From positions 303,552,001-303,616,000 of the forward strand of contig OZ024740.1 in NCBI GenBank assembly GCA_964016885.1: 64,000 bases of DNA. The letters run 5' to 3'. Positions 54,817 to 64,000 of the stretch are shown one piece after another (the first letter of the stretch is position 1; each line of letters begins with the position of its first letter). The translations under genes were made by a program, and so were the position numbers. Under the pieces are notes generated by a model that was not told the DNA's origin, did no database searches, and saw only the letters and a program-made list of their open reading frames with translations. The DNA is from Eledone cirrhosa. Taxonomy: Eukaryota.

Positions 54817-55597
54817 GTAGGCTTGGTTGTATGGTTAAAAAGTTTGCTCCTCAACCATGTGGTTCTGTGCTCATTCCCATTGCATGGCACTTTGGTTAAG
54901 TGTCTTCTATTATAGTAGAAGTAGTGGAGGCACATGGCCTAGTGGTTAGAGCATTGGGCTTGCAATCGAAAGGTTGTGAGTTCAATTCTCAGACCGGGTG
55001 ATGTGTTGTTTCCTTGAGAAAGACACTTTATTTCACATTGCTCCAGTTTACTCAGCTGTAGAAATGAGATGATAGGGACTGGGGTCCCTATCATTTCACT
55101 GCAAAGTGGTCATGGAGGTGCCACGGCAAAAAAGCACCCAGCACTCACTGTAAATGAGGTTGGTGTTAGGAAGGGCATCCAGCTGTAGAAATCAAGCCAG
55201 AATCAGTTCCCATCCCAACCTTGCAAGCAGGGAAAAGCGGACGTAAAATGATGATGATGATGATAGTATATCTATATACAGACAGCCTCCCTAGTCTCAG
55301 TGATCTACACGATAAATGCACTCAGTACATGCTGTAAAGTGGTTAGTGATTGGAAGAGCATCCAGCCATAGAAAGCTTTCCAAACAAAAGGGTTGGGAGG
55401 ACCTTCAGTTGTGTCAAATACATGACAACCTCACCTGTGCAGTTGAGAGGACATAAGATCATACATAAACAAGATGACAGATCTCTGGCTTGTCTAGAAG
55501 GTCAGTAGCCACTGCTTTAGTACAGGCTTGGTCTATGTAGACGTATCCAACCCTTCCTGGCAGGGAAAGCAGACATTAAAACAATGATGATGATGAT
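54817..55597 (+). mobile_element. Older SINE interrupted by a younger full-length SINE (54925-55263)
   Basis: Old head ...aagtgtcttctattatag, then an intact SINE with (GAT)n tail, then the old body resumes to a second gatgatgat tail. Confidence 0.75.
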
Positions 55598-55692
55598 TAT
55601 CTAGTTTATTTTTTTACTTTGAATTTTCTGTTGTAGCACTCAGTAAATGTTATTATTCAACCAGTCAAACACCTGTTTCTTTCATTTTACAG

Positions 55693-55838
55693 ACCAATAC
55701 TCAGATCCATTGAAAATAATGCAAGAAGCTACCAATTTACTAACAACCCGATTTGGTCCAATGGATGTAACTATCCAGGTTGAGGAATATGAAGAAAACA
55801 TGAATGAGTGTGTCCAATGTCAAGATCCAAAAGATTAG
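55693..55838 (+). CDS. SLC30A2: ZnT terminal coding exon (DQYSDPLKIMQEAT...VTIQVEEYEENMNECVQCQDPKD*)
   Basis: ttttacag| acceptor. TIQ.E and C..CQ.P.D C-terminus typical of ZnT2/3/8. TAG at 55836-55838. Confidence 0.93.
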
Positions 55839-56719
55839 CTAGTCTTTCAAATCAAATATTTCAACATTCTCTTGAAAACCACCCATATTGGGCTGATGGG
55901 GTAACTTTCAGAGATGTTAGTTATCCATTATATCAATATATATTTATATTCAGGCTGCCTTTATACATGTGTTATATATTGACTGCCTTAACACACATTT
56001 AAACAGCTTCCTTTGGGCTTTCCTTTTTTGTTTCTTTGTTACAGTTTTTGTTTCTATGGGTTTTTTTGTTATTTATACAGAAACTTTTAATTTTGCTCTT
56101 TCTCTCAAAATATTTTTCTTTCATTCTGTCATCATCATCACCATCATCATATATTCACCACTATTCATTCTTCAATAGTGACAAATCTAATTTGTGGAAA
56201 CAATTTTCAATTCACACCCCATGACATTTTTTTTCTGTTGCTAGTATGCAACTAAAGCTTTTGGTTTTTGGTAGGGCAGAGAGATGGGGCTCTATAATGT
56301 TGTTGTTTTATTTGTTTGTTTTTTGTTGTTTTTAATGATTAAATGTCAAAAATTAAGAAAAATCTTAAATTGAATAGATTAGAGAATCATGTCCTACAAT
56401 TTGCTGCAATATGCACAGGTGTGTTTCCATGTAAGCAGGGAAAAACAGACATAAAAGGATGATATTGATGATATATATATATGTATGTGTATGAAGGTAC
56501 ATGGCTTTGTGGTTAGGGCATTCGGCTCTCAATTATAAGGTCGTGAATTTGGTTGACAGTGACACATAGTATCCTTAAGCAAGACACTCTGTTTCACATT
56601 GATCCAGTCTACTCAGCTGGAAAAATGATTTGTACCTATAATTCAAAGGACTAGCTTTGTCACACCCTGAATCATGCTGAATCTCTCTGAGAACTATGTT
56701 AAGGGTACATGTGTCAGCA

Positions 56720-57931
56720 TGTTATATTCCTTGTTGTTGATTACATCCTGAGACCAAAACAATGAGAGAGGTCTAGAAATTCGACCTAAAAGGAACTCCT
56801 GTCATCCTGCTCAATATCTCACAGGCACAGATTTTGTTGATGATATTGCTTTGATAAGTAATATACTTGAGAATGTCTAATCTCTACTAACATCCTTTGA
56901 GAGGGCTGAAAATGTGTCAAACTTTATCTGAATGAGACAAAAACTTAATACATGAATTGTTACCAAACTTTTTATCGTTCTTCTCTTCTTCTTCGCCCAC
57001 TTATTCCTGAGAGGGTCCTGGGGGAAGAGTCCTCAAACACTCCTTCCAGTGGATCCTGTCAGAAGCAACCATCTCCAACTAATCCGGCTGGATCCCCAAG
57101 CGAGACCAGCCAAGCTCATGGATGTTATCCACCATCTTGCTCGGGGTCGTAAATTCTGTCCAGCAATTATTTCCTGAAACATTCTAACCACATGCCCATA
57201 GTATCAGAGCTGTGATCACTCAATTCACAGGAATAGCAGCTCTACCTGGAATTACTCTCTGATCTTTGTGCTGTGCACTCTATCGAGTAACGTTGCTCCA
57301 AACACTCTTTGGAGAAACCCCATTTCAGCTGCTTGTATTGACGATCATATTCTTTCGGTCATCCTCCACAATTAATAATAAAGAACTTAAACTAGTTACT
57401 AACTATAGATATCAAAACATGAAAAGGCATAGCTTGGGTGGCTTGTAATGACCTAAATAAAATCTGGACCTCAAACTTTGATGATAAAATCAAAGACAAA
57501 ACTTTCAAAACAATTATTGAACCAATTTTTTCTTTATGGTTTTGAAATCTGAACCTTGACTTCAAGGCAACAAAAGCATCTTGAAAGGATATACATTCGA
57601 CTATTAATGCATGTTAAAAATCTGTCCTAAAGGGGGCACCCAATGCTCCAGCACATCTATGGGTTACTTCCAAGAGTTTCATAGATTGTTAAAGCGAGAA
57701 GGGTGCAATTTGCTGGTCACTGCTATAAAGCAGCCAATGAGGTAGTGTCACCCTTTTATCCTCTGGAAACTGGCACCAGTTGGCCGCAAATAATGTAAAC
57801 TGACTTGTCTTGATACCACATTTAGGGACTCTGGGATTTGTGGTGGGATGGCCATGCAAGACGGGAATTACTGGTGGGATATATTGAAGTCGATCTCAAA
57901 TGCACAAATGCAGTCAAAAAATGATGATGAT
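56720..57931 (+). mobile_element. Decayed LINE (RTE-X-like) interrupted by an antisense Expander-like RTE 3' fragment (56976-57362)
   Basis: Plus strand TDFVDDIALIS, FKTIIEPI, RRVQFAGHC, (ATG)n tail. Minus strand IQAAEMGFL...YYGHVVRM. Confidence 0.7.
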
Positions 57932-60900
57932 CACACACACACACACACACATTGTGTTAATCTTGAATCGCCAACAAAATAAAACCCAACCTTTCACTAA
58001 ATTCTAAGCAATATTTGTTGAATAATATTTGGATTTTTACAATCCAAACTGCTGGTCCTTGTAGAAATATTAATATCAGAATTTATATAAATGGGGATCA
58101 TCATCATAATCATTGATTTTACATCCGTTTTTCCGTTCTTGCAAGAGTTGAATGGGTCCTTCTCAGTACAGCATCTCTCCACTCACCGCATTTCTTTGTC
58201 ATCTCCTCCATGAGTCTCAGTAATTTGAGGTCAGCTTTCACCACCTCTGCCCAAGTCTTTCTCGGTCTACCTCTACTGCGACTTCCTTCCAGGGAGATGT
58301 TATTTAAATTAAGAACAACATAGTAATTATGAAAATGAATAAAATATATTATTGTTCCTACTGTTATATGGTCAGATTGTATGACATGGTTTTGGCCATA
58401 TGTTGTTGATGTGTTAAAATAGTTTTTTTTTTTAATATATTTTTTCTTGGTTTCTACAGTTATATCTCAATACTGTTGAACAAGGTTGTGTAGCCATGTC
58501 TTCATTTCAGTTAGTTTTTATGGTTTCTAGTTATTTATATAATGTACCTTTGACAGGTCTTTTAGTTACATAGTGGTATAACCTGCATAAAAATGTATAT
58601 TATTAGAAATAATAATAAACAATAAGTATATAGAGAAGGAACAGTGTAGATGATACAATCTAACCTTGACTTACAACTGAGTTAATAGATTGTAAAGAAG
58701 AGAGAACTCTACTGATAAATGTTATAAAGGAGCAGTCTGGCAGAAACCCAAGACATGGGTGCAGTACACAAGAAGATATCTTTGCTTGTGAACAACATCT
58801 TGATTTTTACCAATGTTTCTTAAATTTAGAAGTGTAGGAAATTATGCTGTTCAGTTGCTCTTATTAAAACCCACTTGTTTATTTCTAAATCAAAAGTCTG
58901 TCTCAAGCCAAGAGGCTTGTCAGACTGATGTTTATCCCAGTTTCATGGTGTGAAGAGACTGAGAGTACAAGACTTTCCCTGGACAGGATGCCAATCCATT
59001 ACAGCCCCCCCCCCCCCCCCCCCAACCCCCAATTATTACTAGTATTCATTTTCAGCTGAGTATATTGGAGCAACACCAAATGAAGTGTTTTGCTCAAGAA
59101 CACAACATACAAACCTACCTTGGAATTGAACCCACAACATTATGATCTTAAGTCCAACACCCTTACCACTAGGCCACATGCTTCCACTATTTCTATGTTA
59201 AGAAAACTTATTTTTTGTTGATGTGGAGCCATAGGTCAGCTCTGATAGAGGAGATTTATAACACAGAGATAGTCAATCAAATAATTACATACAATCTAAA
59301 TCTCTATTGTTTCAGATATTCTATGCTTTCATCTAATGAAGAATCACTCATTACATGTATTTCAGTGTAGGTAGTAAAGTTTGTACCTTACAACTGTACT
59401 GTACATCTAGTGATGATGTATCACTTATTTCATGTTGCTCCAGTTTACTCAGTTGTAGAAATGAGTTACAATGTCATTGTTACCAAGCTGTAACAGCCAT
59501 TGCCTTTCCCTTGGTCAACATTCAATATGCATGGCCAGCTGCTGGTCTTCCACAAATAACCTTGCCTGAACTTGTGCCTCAGAGGGGGGACTTTCTAAGG
59601 TACAAATCCCATGGTCAGTCATGACTGAAATATGTTATCATATTTCTAATAAAAGACACTATGATTTTCAAATTCTTTTGAAAATAATCAAGAATTTGGA
59701 AAGATTTGATGATATAACTAACATTTTCATTATTAAGCTAATGTTCGGAGCAATAAAAATTTCCATATAAAATGATGATGAAAAGTTTTTAGTTGAATAT
59801 AAATTCTTTAAAATTAACAGCTTAGTATCATAAAACCAGTTTCTGGCTGATTGATTTCAAAAGGAGGTAATATCTTCAGTAACTCATCTTCTGCTATTTA
59901 AACATAAGTTTATTTTATTTTACATGCTGCTGGTTATTTCTTGTTAGAGTTAAAATTGCAATCAAACTTCATTTTTTCCTATTCCAGTCCAAATGGCATG
60001 TTTTCCCTTAAGTCATATTTATTCTTGCTTTGCTCAACTACTGAGCTTTATCATGATACTCAATTCTTATCTGCAATGTTTCAATTCATTCTTATATTGC
60101 TGTTTCACTTTATTATTTACATGGGCAGACTTTCTTTTATTTCTTATGAATCAATCATCTAACTGGAGATAGAGAATATCTGAAGATATTAATGGGGCAG
60201 AATTATTGAGTCTCATTGTCTTTTTTTTTTTCTATCTTCAGGAAGGGTACAGTAGAGTCATAGTAAGCTCTCAGCAAGCCAACTCTGTGGTGTATTTCAA
60301 ATCTTAGTTGAATCATTTTAAATTACGCAATGGAGAGTTCAATTACCACTGATATGCAATCTAAAGATATGATAATCTATTGAAAGGTTCAAGCAGTTAT
60401 ATAAAATGTCTGCCTACAGGCCTCCCTACTACCTATAATGGTGAACTGAGCTGAACCTCTTAAGTTGCATATTTACAGATTAGTGAAGTGAGCCATTAAG
60501 AATTAAGTGCCTTACAACATACACAATGCAGCATCATAAATGCCTACCATTTGCCATTCAGCCAGCAATCATTTTGTTAACATCTTTAGTTATCCTCAAC
60601 TAAAAATACTTATTCCACTGTTAAAATTCTTTGTATGACTTCAATTGCCTCTGTTCCTTTAGGCTAGCTTATTACAAAGCATTTCCACATTGATCCAGTC
60701 ATTTCTCTTCCACTCATGATATCTCCCCTCCCTCAGCTAACACTAACCATTATCTTCAGTCCTTCCTTTCCAGGACATCACCTCTCTGAAGTTCCCTTCA
60801 TGCCTATGTTTTCTCAGCAAATATTGACTTACAGAAGTTCAAATAGTCACTGAGCAAATCGTATCAGTTTCAGATAGGCCGACAAAGGTCATAAGCACTA

Positions 60901-61429
60901 TCCCTTCCTCAAAACTAAACCATTAAAAAAGAAATCAGTGACAAACATTATTTACCTCATGTGCCTTTCTTTAAAGATTTGAAATGTTGATTTAATAAAG
61001 AAATATGTCAACAAACTTCTCAAATCATTAACTCATATGATCTCTGCAACACTTTCACATTCCTGCCATCCCAAGTAATAGGGAGTCAGGAATCGGTAAT
61101 TTTTCTAGGTTGTCTCCCTTGATTTCTTTTCTAACCAGAATTAGTCGTTTAGTTTACATATTGAGACCCCAACCCATCCTATTTATTTTATAATGTATGG
61201 GATTTCTTGTAATGTTTTATCTTTTAATGTCTACAGAATTAGACATTAATTAATTGACAGTTTGGATTTTACTTTTTGATTTAGTATCTTTTATAATTGT
61301 GATTTTTATGAAACAGAATGTGAACTTTACACTTTCTTCTCGGTGATGTTGGATATTACTATTTATCCGGTTGTGATCCACTTTATACTAATAATAATAA
61401 TGAAATTGTGTTCAGGTGCACTACAACTC

Positions 61430-61745
61430 ATCAAAGGTGCATGTATAGTACATAGAATAATGTACAAATGTCAGGAAAATGAACAGTGTATGAGTCATGA
61501 AATACGTGTGTGTGTGGAGGGGGGACATCAGGTGTAGTGTTGGCAAATCTCAGGAAGCATGGAGGTTTTAAAGGATGTAGTGTCTCGACAGCTAACAACT
61601 GATGCAGGTAGTTTGTTCCATGCTTCAGCAACTCTGACTGAAAAAATGTTTCCGAAAGTCGTGGGAGCTGTGCTGTTTTCTGACTTTGTAGGCATGTCCA
61701 CATGTGTTAGACACATGGAAATCAAAAAGGTGCTTAGGGTTGTTG
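61430..61745 (-). mobile_element. CR1/L2-type LINE 3' fragment
   Basis: TCGHAYKV...FRKHFFS / RVAEAWNKLPASVV...SFK is the typical CR1-group ORF2 end. Confidence 0.8.
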
Positions 61746-63252
61746 TTGGCAAGATGGTTAATGATTTGTATTGTTATTATCATTAATACTGTTGTGAAAC
61801 TCAGTATTGCAAAAGAGAGCGCAGATAAAAGCATAACATTTCTTGTAGATTTCAAGATTCTATACAGAGTCCAAAATGTAACACCACCAGGTAGATCCCA
61901 TGCTAAGTATATCACTTTCAGTTGCTTAACTGAACAGTACAAAACTAGTGAGTTTTATACAATCAGTTTGTGACCTGGTTTTAATTCTTAATATAAACTG
62001 CTTCCTGTATATCAGTAATATATTTGATGAAGGTATAGACATCACAACTTCCTTGTGTCTCTTTTCCTTTAAATAATATCTACATGAACTAACTTCCTAT
62101 TTATTTAAGATAATATATGAAACCTCACAGACATATAATGTCTCCCAATGCATAGATTAAGATTAAGAAATATATACAGTTTAAGATAACTAAATACCGG
62201 GGCTTGACCAACTGACTGTTTGTTTCCTTTTCATACCAGTTGCCATTGAGATCTTAGGTGTCCTCAGTCCTTGCACTGCTGATTTCGTTTGTAAAATCAG
62301 AAAGACAGCAGCCCACCTGAGGAAGGAACCCTGTGAGGTGGGGTGGGTGTTGCTGGCCATTCTCTGTGGCAATACTTTTGCCATTTTGTCCATAGGGCAT
62401 TGCTGAAACACTGCTCAGACAGCGGTGTAGAATCTGTTCCTCCCCGCTCTCATTTTCTTTCATTGATAAGCCAAATCCATGACTCAAGAAAGACTCATCA
62501 TTGCATCTATTTTACTTTATTTTCCATTAATGGTAAAAGCACTTCATTCCTTTATCCTCAGAAACCAGATAATTTAAGCCTGTTGAAGTATATGACAATG
62601 GCACCATATTTGTTTTTGTTTGTTTTCTTAATTTTTAATACTGGATATAGTCTCAAAAAACTACAAAGTGAGAAAGAAGTATATGGTAGCTTTGTATTAT
62701 TGTGAATATTGAATATTTGCAGCATATTAAGAGTTCTTCTTTCTTTCTTTTTCTTTTTTTTCTTTTTTCTTTTTTCTTTCCTCTTCTTTTTCTTTCTTCT
62801 TTGCCCACTTATTCCTGAGAGGGTCATGAGGACAGAGTCCTCATAAAATCCGTTCTGCAATATATCATGTATCCAAAGGAAAGGTTGATTCAGCTTGGCA
62901 TCTGTCATTGCAATATACACTTCTTCATTGCTCGCGGTCTACTCCTGGGTCTCCCGCCAGTTGGTTAATAGAGTTGTAAAAGCAAAATAAAATTTCCTAT
63001 TTTTCTAAATGATCAAGTATGCATTCCATGTTATCATAGTAATATTATTTTAATGATAAAACTCAGTAAAGTACAAATTATTTGCTAACCAATTCAGTTT
63101 TTGTGTATAGTAGAGCATATGACTGTTAGTTTTTATTACTTTAGAAAACTATTGTTTATATAAGTATATTTTCTACTAAAGCTAAAGAAGAAAGTATTTT
63201 AAATTTTTCTGATCAGGACTAACTTGGAATTACACAATTCATTTTATAATAA

Positions 63253-63435
63253 TAATTGTTTCTACATTTGGCACAAGGCCAGCAATTACCCAGTACATTA
63301 CTGGTACTTTATTTTATCGACCCCCGTAAGGATGAAAGGCAAAGTTAACCTTGGCGGGATTTGAACTCGGATCGTAAAGGGACGTAACTATGCTGGAAAG
63401 CATGGCGTCCGACTCTCTACCAATACTGCCAATTC
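63253..63435 (-). mobile_element. Meta-domain tRNA SINE
   Basis: Nearly identical to 6865-7049. Confidence 0.85.
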
Positions 63436-64000
63436 ACATGGAGATGATAAAGATTTATAACAGATTGTTAACTCCAGTATATTACTAATATTTATTCTAT
63501 CAAGTCCCTAAAGGATAAGTTGGTCAACCTTGGCAGGATTGTTTTAAGGGTTTTAATTAGTGGAGGAAGAACACCCATGACCAGGGAGGAGAGGGCTCCA
63601 TTACTTGTGGAAAGGAGTGATTCTTACACCAGAGACGTAGCCTAAATACTTGCAACAGAGTGGACTCCACTAAAGGCAGCCAAGGGCCAGGAGGTGATGT
63701 TAAACTGGGGCAACAGATTAAATTGAAATGTATTGCTGCAACTTTTTTTTTTTTTTTTTTTTTTTTCTTTGTGGTGGTGTTGGTGGGGAGTTATGCTAGA
63801 AATGTAGAGAGGAGTACAGTTAGTTAAATTGATTCCTTTCTGTATTGGCTTTTCCCAATAATAATATTCATTTTATCTATCTACCCCAAAGAAATGAGGA
63901 AAAGTTGATTTTAGCAAGATTTGAACACAACTAAATACAACAAAGCATTAAGTTGTGCACATTTTAATTTTTTTCCTCTCCACTGTTATAGTAGTAATAG

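Noticed and set aside
54925-55000. tRNA-like sequences (also 1451, 11235, 31830, 33917)
   Set aside because: They continue into CORE/V bodies and LINE tails, so they are SINE heads, not tRNA genes.

Overview
Eukaryotic, AT-rich, repeat-dense animal DNA, most likely a coleoid cephalopod (octopus-type tRNA/CORE, V-domain and Meta SINEs, RTE LINEs with (GAT)n tails). The taxon is an inference. Two spliced host genes lie on the + strand. The first is the last five coding exons of PPP1R21 (900-12076). The second is the last five coding exons of a ZnT2/3/8-type (SLC30A) zinc transporter (42269-55838), whose 5' exons are not visible. Between them are a 200-N gap (13705-13904) and a ~25-kb nest in which long (TA)n-derived microsatellite tracts alternate with mobile elements. 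These include a Penelope-like (Naiad-type) retroelement with a hammerhead ribozyme, RTE LINEs with a PHD finger inserted in the RT (one with an intact EN-RT reading frame, two as a near-identical tail-to-tail pair), three bipartite non-autonomous RTE derivatives, a fold-back element with two hammerheads, and a Helitron-like element. Most long ORF-track entries (YI/YM/CV repeats) are microsatellite artefacts. All coordinates were read by eye; element ends are approximate (about +/-10 bp) unless splice sites or TSDs are quoted.
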